The notes beneath the pieces were generated by a model, which saw nothing but the letters and a program-made list of their open reading frames with translations, was not told the origin of the DNA and made no database searches. Source: Monocercomonoides exilis PA203 (Eukaryota > Protista > Preaxostyla). Taken from it: DNA of 64,000 nucleotides. The position numbers were made by a program, and so were the translations under genes. Shown here piece after piece: positions 53,398 through 64,000 of the stretch (position 1 is the stretch's first letter; each line of letters starts with the position of its first letter). The stretch is from positions 558,001 through 622,000 of the forward strand of contig LSRY02000009.1 of assembly GCA_001643675.2 (NCBI GenBank), read 5' to 3'.

Positions 53398-54570
53398 ATG
53401 GCAGACAGCGACAGCGAGGAGAAGACCTTTGATCTTGTTAAAAGGCTCAAGAGATTTGAAAACTGGATCGATGAAGTGTCGAGGAGCAGAGGATGACTAA
53501 GTCACTCCGGAGCGATAAGAATAATACCAATGAAAAAGTTCAAGAGAGGAAGGCCTAGAAGATGATCTTTATCGAGATCAAGTGAATCAGAGTCCGAAAC
53601 AAATATTGCAGAGATGATCACAAGGAAGAAACATGGATACCCGTGGAGGGTCCTTCGTTCAGTTAATCAAATGAAGAAATTGAAAGTCGAAAAGGACAGC
53701 GATGGTGATTCCGAAGGGACAGAAGAGCGGGATGACGAAGAAAGATCGGATGATTTTTTGGAAATTTTCCCAGACAAATGGCTGAAGCCCAGGAGACAGG
53801 CGGGTGAACTGAAGAGATTTATGGAGTTTTGCAAGGCCTGATCGATTTGAATAAATGATGATATCTTAAACACGTTTATTCTAGAGACGGAAAAGAATTT
53901 CTTCACCAGACACACAGATGCGAGTTGGAACGCCTTAGCGGTGACGGTGGTCACCGCTGAAGGAAGAAAGGACTCACCAGAAGCTGTCAGGGTTATGGAA
54001 CTGCTCCAACCTGCTCTCGAATCGGGGTTTGAAGCTGCCAAGGCGATTGCAGCCCTTACAACAAGAGAATTGAGGAAGACACATTTAGAGGAAGAAGAGA
54101 AAGAGCGAATGAGGGGACTCTTCTGCTCATATGCCCTGATTGCAGACTGTATCAGCCGGATTAACCTACTAAAAGTTATTCCCCAGTCAAACTGGGAGAA
54201 TGTGAAGTGTTTCCTAGAAGGAGGAACGTCCAAGGACGTACCAGAGAGCCTGAGGAGGTTGGTGGAGAGTACCAGCTTTTTTCGTCCAGTGGGGGATGGT
54301 CCTGGGTATGGAGCATCCCCCGCTTCTCCCATAGCCTTCGGCCTTGTAGCAGCCAGGAGCGGACGCTCAAGGAGGTACAGCACAGGCAGGAACGCTCAGG
54401 GCTTCGCTTACAGACAGCTCCAAAAGCATGGCTTCGATGGGAGCTTCACGAATTTCAAGGAAAGAAGGAGATCAACACAGGCCCAACCACAGCATGCCCC
54501 AGCATCACCTGGGAGACCAGTCCCTATCACAGTCCCCCTGCCCCCCAGCTCCCACAAAAACGCAAGTTAG
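53398..54570 (+). pseudogene. DIRS ORF1 (gag-like), interrupted
   Basis: Position just inside the left ITR; ORF pieces 53614-53841 and 53941-54570 are in one frame, separated by stops. Confidence 0.6.
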
Positions 54571-55056
54571 AACAGCAGTGGGAACGACTATCGGGATGAG
54601 CAAATGAACAAAGAAGTTGTGAAGGTGAAAGGAGCTGCGCAGGGTCGCGAGAAAGAGAGAGCATGGAGAGCCGCGCTTTGCCGCGAGACGAAGACAGAGA
54701 GGAGATTGGTGAGCTCCGGCAGAATAACGATACGACAAGAAGTCCCGTATCATCGCGAGATAGATATAAAGACAGAAACCGCGAAATATCGAGAGTATAT
54801 CAGAAATGCGGCGACTGCGTTCGATCACGAGATAAGAATACGGAAAGAAACCACAGAAGAAGGCTCCGTACATCTCCGCGAGACGGAACAGATGAGTGAG
54901 AGGATGTGCAAGAAGGAGAACAAGAGGGGAGTTATGAAAGCTTCTGGAACTGTTATCGAGTTCCCAATTGGAAACAGTTGAAGGGGGCCGAAAAAAATAG
55001 CGATTGCAGATGCTCACGCGATTGAAGAGGATACAGAGAGCCAGTATGGCCACAGG

Positions 55057-56781
55057 ATGTTAGATATGGAAATGAGCGTAGCGAATGGATTACAGGGGGA
55101 ACCACTGTCTGGGAGACTAGTGAACGGATTGAGCAAGTGGAAGAAGATAAAGGGAGACAAACTTGTGAGCCGTGGTATAAGAGCACGTTGGATGAGCCCC
55201 CAGTCCCCAATCTTTCTCGAGGAGAGAAAATGCAAGCAGGAGTTTCGGGGAACGACAAAAATGATGAACAATTATTTATCCCTCTTGGAGGAGGAATTGA
55301 AGGATGGAGCGGTGAATCCCGTGCAGTTGTCGGAGGTGAAGTGGTTCAACCCAACATTCATGGTTCGAAAGAAGAACGGAAAGTGGAGAAAGATCCTGGA
55401 TTGCAGAGCTCTAAACGAGGAAGAACAGGGAAAGCACTTCAAGATGGATTCCCAGGAGACAGTCGTGGAACTCCTGGAGGAGAACGATTGGATGACCACT
55501 TTGGATATATCGAGTGCATACCAGCATGTGAAAGTAGATGAATAATCCAGTCCCTATCTATGTTTCAGCTTTCAAAGTCAATGCTACGCTTACGTGGGGA
55601 TGCCATTTGGAGCGAAAGATGCACCTAGAGTATTCACGAAGATAATGAGACGGGCAGCCTCGTTCATCAGAGAACAGTGGAAGGAAAAGCTGGTAATATA
55701 TCTGGACGACATTCTCCTCATGCATCCAGACAGGGATGCATCGAGATCGATCTCACAGGAGATAGCCCAGTTCCTGAGAAATCTGGGCTGGATACTGTCG
55801 GAAGAGAAACTGAAGTCGGAACCCGCAAGGAGCGTGGAGTTTCTGGGATGGTTGTGGAACTCAGAAAAGATGGAAGTAACACTCCAAGAAGGGAAGAGAG
55901 TGCTGCTCCTGGAGGATGTGCGAACCTGGATAGCATATGCAAAGAAAAGGAGGAGACAAAGGACGAGGGATTTAGCAGCACTCCTCGGGATGTTGAATTT
56001 TGTGAGGTTACAACACCTACCAGCTAGCTTGTGGATGAAGCGAATGCAATACATACTGAGGCAGGCAATAGCCCGCGGGGGCTGGAAGAGAACGGTAATT
56101 GCTAACCCAATGATATTGGGAGAATTAGCACATTGGAGAAAGATCCTGCTAGAGAACAGGCAAAAAAGTCTGAAGAGAAGGAACAGACCAGCAGAACTAA
56201 CAACGGACACGTTAGAGCTTGGATGGGGTGCAGTGCTAACAATACCGAGAGAGAACAAAGAGGAGAAGATATATGTTCACGGAAGTTGGACACTTCAGGA
56301 GAGTGCGTTAGCGATAAACGAGAAGGAGTCCAGAGCAGTGTTGAGGACACGAGAGAGAAAGGGAGCGTGGCTGCAACAACAGAAGATATACCATATTCGT
56401 CTGAGGACATACAATATGTCCACGAGATGGACGATTCAGAAGAAAAGGGGAGCGCCATCGCTCATTCCAACACTGAGAGCATTAGAGAAAAAATTGAACA
56501 GCCTGGACATCACAATACAGACGGAATATCTCCCGGGAGAGCAGAACGCGGAAGCAGACGCACTCAGCCGGATGGCGAAAAAGCCGGACTATGCACTGAA
56601 GGGAGAGAAGGTCGCAGAGATATTACAAACAATCGCACCGAGAATACCAGATACAACTTTAGAACAGATTGCGCCGGTGCCCTGCGGAAGTACTTGGAGA
56701 CTATCCTCTCTGAGAAGGAGGAGAGAGAGCAATGCCAGAAGACGAGATAGCGCTAATCCACTCGTTCCTGAGAAACATTGA
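55057..56781 (+). pseudogene. DIRS reverse transcriptase / RNase H
   Basis: KWRKILDCRALN, WMTTLDISSAYQHV, MPFGAKDAPRVFTK, IYLDDILL, EFLGW; RNase H motifs TTDT..GWGA, INEKESRAV and NAEADALSR; TAA at 55543-55545. Confidence 0.93.
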
Positions 56782-57030
56782 ACGGGTGCTGAAGGAGAAG
56801 ATGAAAGAAGCTCAGAGTGATCTGACGATTCTGATTCTTCCAGCTTGGCGAGGGCAGACTTGGACCCCGCTACTGCAGCCTGGGCATTTGTAAAAGACCC
56901 TGGGGACCTTTCAGGAGTGCATGATACCGGGAGCGAAGATGAGAAGGGAAGGCTGGAAGTTACCCCCAGGAGAGGTCATGAGCGTTATACTGGAGAGGAG
57001 AATATCCCAGGAAGAGACCTCTTTTTAGCA
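56750..57030 (+). pseudogene. DIRS1 adenine-methyltransferase-like domain remnant (frameshifted)
   Basis: An alternative frame reads LIHSFLRNIERVLKEKM...TILILPAWRGQTWTPLL...WKLPPG, the P.W..Q.W.P.L motif of the domain that follows RNase H in DIRS1 elements. Confidence 0.6.
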
Positions 57031-58131
57031 TGGGGAGAACACGTTGGAGCGAGGGACATAGCAGCAGAAATACTGAGAAATCAGAAGAGTGAAAGAGATA
57101 CGTGGAGAGCGCTGCGAATATTTTAACAATTTTTCGATAGAGAAAGCATGAATGACACTGACCCCCTAACAACCAGAGATGCCAAATGGATTATGGCAGA
57201 GTTCACTGAAACGCTTTCAAATACTAACCTGTCTAGTGGAGTGATTTATCAGACAGTTCAGAAAGTACTGGATTCTATTGATCTATTCAGAGAGACTAAG
57301 ATTGATGTTAAAGACATAGAAATATTTCCAAAAACCTATGTTGGGGATAAGCTGAGAAAGGGCAAACGGTACAAGACGATGTGGGACTTAACAATTATCA
57401 CCAAATGGGCAATAGCCACCTACGACGCAAAGGATATACGAACACTCCAGAGGAGAGCCCTCATCCTCACTATGATTTTTGGAGCGAAAAGGCCAGCTGA
57501 GCTGGAAAGAATGAGAAGAGAGACAACGATACTTTAAGATAACTTTGTCCAGACACAAACACAAACAAAAACATCAGGGGGAGAGACGGTTAAGGTTATA
57601 ATTAACAAACATCCAAACCCACATATAGATGCTGTTGCAGCTCTCCAACGTTGGATTTATTATACAAAGACGACGTTTAAAGACGAACATGTGTGGTTCG
57701 ATATTAGTGAGAACCAACCTGCAAATTTGCAGAGGATCAAAGAAGAATCAGTGGCTGTCCTGAAAGAGAATGGAATACCCGACACATTTTCCGCGTACTC
57801 GATAAGACACGCCGTGATAACACACTCAGCTTGACAACAAGATGCAGATTGGAAAGCAATCGATGCATATGTTAGATGTGCTCCAGGTTCGAGAGAAGCC
57901 CAGGAATATTACACCGTGTTACCTACTCAGGACACGAGATGGATCAGGAAGACAATCGGCGGCTCAGTACCCCTTGCGGAAAAGGGAGACAAGTCGGAGA
58001 TGGATTGCGAAAGAAAGGATATTTTAAATGAAAATACAGAATCTGAAACAAAGGAGCATTTTGAAGAGACAACACAAGATGGTGGAGAAGTGGATACGAA
58101 CAAGAGAAAGAGATTGAAGAGACGAGTGTGA
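56980..58131 (+). pseudogene. DIRS tyrosine recombinase
   Basis: RYKTMWDL...IFGAKRPAEL (catalytic R), TKT (K), AYSIRHA (H-x-x-R box) and QEYY (catalytic Y); in-frame stops at ~57124, 57535 and 57832. Confidence 0.88.
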
Positions 58132-58485
58132 ATTCGAGAGAGGTGTTCACAGCATGAGAGCGATACAGCACAACTTCCCAAAGGGGAGGAGACACCCCCC
58201 ATAATTCTCCGCAGCATTATGGAGCTGATGGAGGGAAGACAGACTGCATCACAGAAAAAGTTTGAAGCTGATCGGAGGAAACGCGGAGTGAGAAACATAG
58301 GACAAATTGACAGGTCCGCTCAAGTGTCGAAGACCCGATCAAGAACACCCAGAGAACATTCCAAGAGAGGGAGGGAGTAGAGAAAAGGTCCGCACCTTCA
58401 TCCGCAGGCCCTCCAAACATCCGCTGCACTTTGACGTGTTAGGCAGGAGGGTTTAAGATCCTTTGAGAGAGAAAAGAGTGTTTTC

Positions 58486-58590
58486 AACACTCATTATCTC
58501 GGAGCAAACCTACTCCTTGCGTTCGTAGATTCGCTCTATTGCGAATTGATAGAACGCAGTGAGACAGGTTCGCTCCGAGATAATAGAAAT
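58486..58590. repeat. DIRS internal complementary region (ICR)
   Basis: ...CTCCTTGCGTTCGTAGATTCGCTCTATTGCGAATT|GATAGAACGCAGTGAGACAGG... is the reverse complement of the left terminus joined to the reverse complement of the right terminus. Confidence 0.92.
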
Positions 58591-59238
58591 GCGGATGGAG
58601 AGACGATAGGCAGCTTGGTGCGAAAATAAGAAACATATTAGGAGCAATATGACGAAAAAGGGCGAGATAAAGAAGGATAGAGAAATAGATCAACCACCCG
58701 AAGATATTAATGTGAACCGATAACCTGTTTTAGAGAAACATGGAATTAATAAAAAGTTTTAAGCATGATCCTCCTCCTTCACAAGATTATTATTGTTTTT
58801 ACAGAGAAGAATTAAGTACTAATTATGCAGTGTGTGATGATTGGGGTTGCTCTGCTGATGCAACAGAGAAGCTGGAGGCAGAGCATATCACATGCAATTT
58901 TCTTTTCCACGCCTCGCGGAAGCGAGAGTGGTTTTTCTTTTTGCTCCGTTTTTAGCTTTCGCCTCACCGGATCCCTGCACGGCCTGCAGGAGACAGCTCC
59001 GAGGGGCAACGTCCCCTGCCCTCTGGTCTTCGAGACCATGGCAAAAGGCGAAGTCGGAGGTGAAGAGAAGCGGACAATGCATAATACACTTTTAAATAGT
59101 TCAAATGTTTTTGTCTATATTTTCATCTCGCCCCTTTTTCCACGTCATTTGGGAGTGCGAAGTTTTTCACTCAAACCACCCATAATTTAAAATCAAACTC
59201 ATTATTTCGGAGCAAATCCTGTCTCACTGCGTTCTATC

Positions 59239-59340
59239 TATAAATAATTTTTATTGGAATATAATAAATTAATTGGTATAAACTCTGTCTTTTAGAAATA
59301 ACTTTTTTCAAAGAAAATTTATTGTGGTATTCAGAAAAAT
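59239..59340. repeat. Continuation of the ~19-bp array, right of the DIRS element
   Basis: Cores at about 59252, 59271, 59291 and 59328. Confidence 0.65.
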
Positions 59341-61069
59341 TCACTTGAATCACATTCTCAAACAGCATTTTAAATTTATGAATTATATTTGTATATTATT
59401 AAAAAACCATTTAATTGATAAGATTTGTTTGAAATGTATTGCGATCAAAAAATTCTGTATTGTTATTTTAAAATGAATGATGATATATATATTCAATAAT
59501 TTACTTATAATAAAAGTTATCAAAAAACTTGCAATTAGCTACAAATTATAATTTATCATTTCACAACGTTTGTTAATTCTTTTTTGTAATTTTTTTCAAT
59601 CCGTATTTCGCATTATTGATCAAATAGGAAAAAAATACAAAAAAAAAGTATCCAATTGCAAAAGGTTTGATATTACGATGATCTTATTCCAGATACATGA
59701 TTATGCATGCAATTCGCCCCGCCACTTTAAACTCTATCAGTTGCAGATAATAAAGTTCAAGTTGTTTTTAGGTTATTCTATTTGCATTCAGAAAATGAAT
59801 TCTCCTGACTGTCTGCTATCTGCTGTTTCCTTAACTTTTGCAAATTCCTTGCACTTTTATTGACTACACCACTTCATGAGCGATAGAACCCAATGAACGA
59901 ATTGATCGAGGAGGAAAATGAAGGCATGGACGATAAAAAAAAAGAGCTTGGGTTGAATGTGAAGAGGGACTTCTGTGTGAATGAAGATGTGTCGGTGGAG
60001 GGAGATTGCAGCATGAATGGGTTCTCTGGACTTCCAACAAGAACAGAAGTGGCAGACAATTGTGTGTGTGGCAAGGGAGAAAAAGGAGTGGTGGCAAATG
60101 TTGAGGAGGCTGTGATGTTTTGAGTGTGCAGCTAGGCAGATGAGAGTGCGCTGTCGAACAAGCAGAATGTCTGCTGCAATTCGTCTTCATCATCATCTCC
60201 TTTTTCTTTTCCTCTGTCCCTCCTCCTCCTTTCTGTTACTGCCTGTGGAAGCCTTGTGTCGAAAGCGTCAATTTGAGATGCACAAAACTCGTCTTTTTCC
60301 GTCTTCGTCTTCGCCTTTGGCTCTTCCTGCTATCTTTCTTTCCTTTTCTCTGCGCTCAATTTGCTTCTGAAATCCACTTTTTTTGCCTCTTCCATTTGAA
60401 TATGAGTACCATTCTCTTCGCTTCTTGGCGGTGTCATAAAGTGAGCGGATGAACGCAATGTGCCTTGAAGCTACTTCCTCTTCCACTTCCATTCCTCGTG
60501 TGATACCTATTCACTTCATTCCCTCCGTTCAGCAGAGTCGGAGCGCGGAAGCCGTACGAAGATCTGAAGCAGAGCGAAATGTGCCACTGCAGGAGAGGAA
60601 AGCAATTCAGAAGCGCATCCAGTTATTCCACAGAAGGATTTGACATCGATGAAAATACTGTTGAGAGTAGATAAACTGAATGAATTGATTTTTGGAGGGT
60701 ATAATCATGCTATTGAGTAAACAGCTTTTGCACATTTGAGGTTCGTTGATATGATCCAATATTATGCCAACGAAAATCACAATGAAAAAGTTGAGATGGA
60801 GTTGAAGGAGAAAATAGCCACGAAATTGAAGATGGCACAGTTGGTGGGAAATGATAAGACGAAGAAGAAATCAAAGAATTGGAAGAAGATGAAGAAGAAG
60901 GAAGAAAAAGAAAAAGAAAAAGAAAAAGAAGAAAAAGAAGAAAAAGAAGATGATGATGATGACGATGAATAAGGTGAGGAGTCAGGGGAGGAACAGTGCG
61001 ATTTCGAAGACAGCAAAGAAATCTGTGGGGACTGAGAAAAACTAGATTTTCCATCTTTGGCTGCTGAAA

Positions 61070-62230
61070 ACAGTTACTGTCTTGTCCTGTCCACGAAATC
61101 TGAGCGAGGCTGAACAGATGGCAGAGGATGAGAGAATGCTGCACAAATGAAAAAATGGAAGATTGGAGATGAATATAAAAGTTGAGCTCGATTGCTACAT
61201 GTTTCCTGCTGTTTCCAGAGTGACACCGCAAATATATTTTGCAATGGACTTCTGATTGAGTTGTGATCGATCCCCACATGTCCCACCTATAGTTGGCCAG
61301 TAGATATGCCAAACAGTGTTGTCGAAGTCTAAGAAAGAGAATTCGTCCCAATTGCACTCACTGAGTTCCCCTTCCCTAAAACAGAAATCTTCTTTTCCCC
61401 GACATTGATCGTCTTCTCTTCGCTCACACGCTTCCCACCCAGCAACGTGATTGTCGAGCTCAGCTGCGCCATACTCGACCCCACTGCATGCCCCACTGTC
61501 TTGCAAGGTGCTGCCTCACTCATTCCACACAGATTGTTCGAATCATCTCCACTCACCCCAACATATCTATCTTTCATTCCCTCCTTCAACCATCCCTTCT
61601 TTTCTGTATGCAGATATGTCCAACTGCCTGAATAATATCTATGGCGCAGACTCGTATCATTTGTATTCGTTGTGTACGATTAGTAGAACGGGTTGTATGA
61701 CGAAAAGAGATTATAATCATCTTCAAAAAACACATCGTGGCCATATGGAGTGGAAGCGGTCGCGCAACTGCAATTGTGGAAGAAGAAGAAATAGCAATAA
61801 AGTTTGTTGCTTGGAGCTGCTGATTGATGTGGATAAAAATACAATCCTCTGCCATCTGACACAGCAGAACAAGAAATAAAGTGCAAACTCCGCATTTTGA
61901 ATTGGACTGGTCCATCATATAAACTAATACCCACACCATTTGAAATTGGAACTGAGCATGAAGTGAATGAGCTCTCGAACATACAAGCACTCTTTCCTTT
62001 GCCATTTTCTGTTCCAAAAAAAATTTTCAAATCAAATAATTCCCGGGAAGAAGTCCTTTTTCGCAAACTGATTTGTATGTCGAATTGAAAACAATTCTGC
62101 GAATTAATCCTCCTTATAATTAATGGATTGTTCTTCCTTTCCTCGCTTTCTTAACGCTTCTTGTTTCATTGCTTAATATTCAGCCAATTATGCACGTCAA
62201 CGTACCACATTCAAATTTTCTAAAATATAG
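61070..62230 (-). pseudogene. Fragment of a beta-helix surface-protein gene related to 30954-38709
   Basis: RYVGVSGDDSNNLCGMSEAAPCKTVGHAV...LFGISTGQL*VGHVGIDHNS echoes RFVSS...CGLNESHP*STISHC...LFSVSTGILSVRDFDLVHNS; multiple stops and frameshifts. Confidence 0.7.
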
Positions 62231-62449
62231 CCTTTTCGATATGTAGTATTTCATGCAATTTCATTCGACCTTAAATGCTGTTATTCAGGACAACAGATAA
62301 ACATTTTTAAATTTATGACCATAATTGTTAAATAAAAATTTTCGGAATTAAACATTAATATGTTAAAAATATTTTTTTATCAATAAATGTTCTGATTTTT
62401 CAGCACATTCGAATTGACAAAAAGGATCATGAAAATTTTTGTTGAGGGA

Positions 62450-62580
62450 TTAATTGGTATAAACTTGGTCTTTTAGGAATAAATTTCTTATATTCGAATA
62501 AACAAGTGTTATCCGGAATAAACTTTGGTTATTAGAATTTGTATATTTGTTTCAATAAAATTTTCTTATTCCATTATCAT
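62450..62580. repeat. Second, uninterrupted copy of the ~19-bp palindromic-core array
   Basis: Cores at about 62452, 62472, 62491, 62510, 62530, 62548 and 62567; TAATTGGTATAAACTTGGTCTTTTAGGAATAA matches TAATTGGTATAAACTCTGTCTTTTAGAAATAA at ~59270. Confidence 0.7.
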
Positions 62581-62798
62581 CAAATTATAATAATTCGTTC
62601 CAAACTTTTTCTTCTGTCATATCGTAATCGTAATTTGAATTTAACATTCAAATGAATTTGAAAACAAAAATTTCATCGAGAAATATTATGGTTAAAAAAG
62701 TGAGGAACATAATTCATAAACTGTTTATTTCGTTTTTGTTCTTTAATCAACAGAGTTTATTCAAACAAGCTACTTGCATTTGAAGTATAAGCTAATTA

Positions 62799-63197
62799 CA
62801 GTTTGTGCAAAAAATACCGAACATCGCAAAAAATACCGGACAAGATCGATTTCTCAACAACCGCAAGAGGAATAATTCTGATAATTTTCCTCAAAATATA
62901 TCTCATTAATACAAACTCATTTGAAAAACAAGACTTTCAAAATTGCCTCATTTTTTGCTTAGAAATAATTAATTATTCAAATGTCGGAGAAACTCAAAAT
63001 CCTATTTCCCCGAAATTTCGATAATAAATTTTTTCTGAGCACAATAGAGGTTATTATGAAAGCCTCGCTTATCTAATGAGTTTGTGTTAATGAGATATAT
63101 TTTGAGGAAAATTGTCAGAATTATTCCTCTTGCAGTTAGTGAGAAAACGATCTTGTCCGGTATTTTGTGCGATGTCCGGTATTTTATGCGATATCTG
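62799..63197. mobile_element. TA-flanked MITE (family 2), second copy
   Basis: TA|CAG...AAAATACCGGACAAGATC ... GATCTTGTCCGGTATTTTGTGCGATGTCCGGTATTTTATGCGATATCTG|TA; right end identical to 20740-20787. Confidence 0.9.
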
Positions 63198-63330
63198 TAA
63201 TTGATTCAATTTCATCGGTTGAAATATGGAAAAATCTATAAAAAAAAATAGAAGAATTGAGTGATAAAATTTTAGATCATAACTTTTTTATCGAATGAAA
63301 TAATCGGTTTTCTAATTTTGTTTTGAATAT

Positions 63331-63540
63331 TTGGCTGATCCTTTTTGAAATCACACTTTCGTTTGAGTTTTGATCAAAATTTGAATTTCGATGGCACTAT
63401 GAAAAACCGAACCAAACTGATAATACACGATGTTAATGATGTTGTTTTTGCAAAAACATATTTTTGAAAAAAAATCCCATTGAGATTAAAATTTTGATCA
63501 AAACTCGAACGAAAGTGTGATTTCAAAAAGGATCAGCTAA
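63331..63540. repeat. Foldback/MITE-like inverted repeat
   Basis: GCTGATCCTTTTTGAAATCACACTTTCGTTTGAGTTTTGATCAAAATTT is inverted to AAATTTTGATCAAAACTCGAACGAAAGTGTGATTTCAAAAAGGATCAGC. Confidence 0.85.
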
Positions 63541-63559
63541 TTATTATTAATCATGTGAC

Positions 63560-64000
63560 AAGGAAATTGAACGAAAATGAAAACAATGAAATGGAGGAAG
63601 AGAACAGAAAGGAAATATTTTATGAATTATTTGAAATGATGGAAGAAGATAAATAAGAGGATATCATTGCAAGCTTTCAAGAAATTATAGTTTTCCTTAA
63701 CTTAGGGTTTCATAATTTATCGTTAGAGATTTCTGATCGTTTGGTTTATTCCGAGAAAATGGGTTGTTTTCTTCGTTTTGCTGCTCAAAAAATATCCTTT
63801 TTTGTTAATATTTTTCATTTCACAATTTTGCAAGCCATTGAGCCTTTTTTGTCTTTTTTTCACTAACTTCTTTGGAAAGCAACAAAGAAAAGAAAGAAAG
63901 AAGGAAGGAATCACAAATGGTTGTTTTAAATATTTAGTATTCTTGAAGAAGATGAAAAAGAAGATGAAATATGCCTTGAAGAAATCAAAAAAACTCTGCT
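63560..64000 (+). pseudogene. 3' remnant and downstream flank of the multicopy helical family (copy 5)
   Basis: Degenerate MEEE..EDIIASF tail; GAATCACAAATGGTTGTTTTAAATATTTAGTATTCTTGAAGAAGA...GAAGAAATCAAAAAAACTCTGCT is nearly identical to ~23080-23171. Confidence 0.75.

Larger units (their letters stand above)
53236..59238 (+). mobile_element. Full-length DIRS1-type tyrosine-recombinase retrotransposon (decayed)
   Basis: Inverted terminal repeats (~53275-53334 vs ~59157-59217), distinct left and right extensions, an internal complementary region at ~58486-58590, and gag, RT/RNase H, MT and YR ORFs. Confidence 0.93.

Noticed and set aside
58850-58885. Hammerhead ribozyme or SECIS suggested by CTGATG within a stem
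   Set aside because: No CUGAUGA...GAAA core and no AUGA/GA quartet with an apical AA in the right geometry.
59864-60972. Short ORFs with charged tails
   Set aside because: Fragmented low-complexity remnants; family not assignable from sequence alone.
1-64000. Genome-wide stop-codon reassignment (TAA/TAG=Gln as in some oxymonads, or TGA=Trp) explaining the in-frame stops
   Set aside because: Histone H4 and PLAC8 end at TAA exactly where the proteins should end, and three helical-family copies end at TGA at the same position. Long intact ORFs use CAA/CAG and TGG freely without internal stops.

Overview
AT-rich eukaryotic genomic DNA with short GT-AG spliceosomal introns, apparently standard genetic code, and very long Ser/Asn/Glu homopolymer tracts in coding regions. 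Gene families and style resemble an oxymonad such as Monocercomonoides (inference). Host genes: an RRM RNA-binding gene with a giant low-complexity tail, a ~2,500-aa multi-pass TmcB/TmcC-like membrane protein ending in a hemerythrin domain, histone H4 with an unusual tail, a low-complexity helical-repeat-like gene and a PLAC8 gene. Multicopy families: five copies or remnants of one lineage-specific helical protein family, and a large beta-helix/TM/pseudokinase surface gene broken by four in-frame TGA codons. Mobile DNA: a TA-flanked pogo/Tc1-type transposon, a matching foldback MITE with a second MITE nested inside, several other foldbacks, and a full-length DIRS1-type tyrosine-recombinase retrotransposon (ITRs, ICR, gag, RT/RNase H, methyltransferase remnant, YR). 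The DIRS element sits exactly in one unit of a ~19-bp palindromic-core repeat array that recurs, uninterrupted, about 3 kb away. The strongest leads are the membrane hemerythrin sensor, the DIRS target array with its structured 3' RNA, and the all-TGA interrupted receptor gene.
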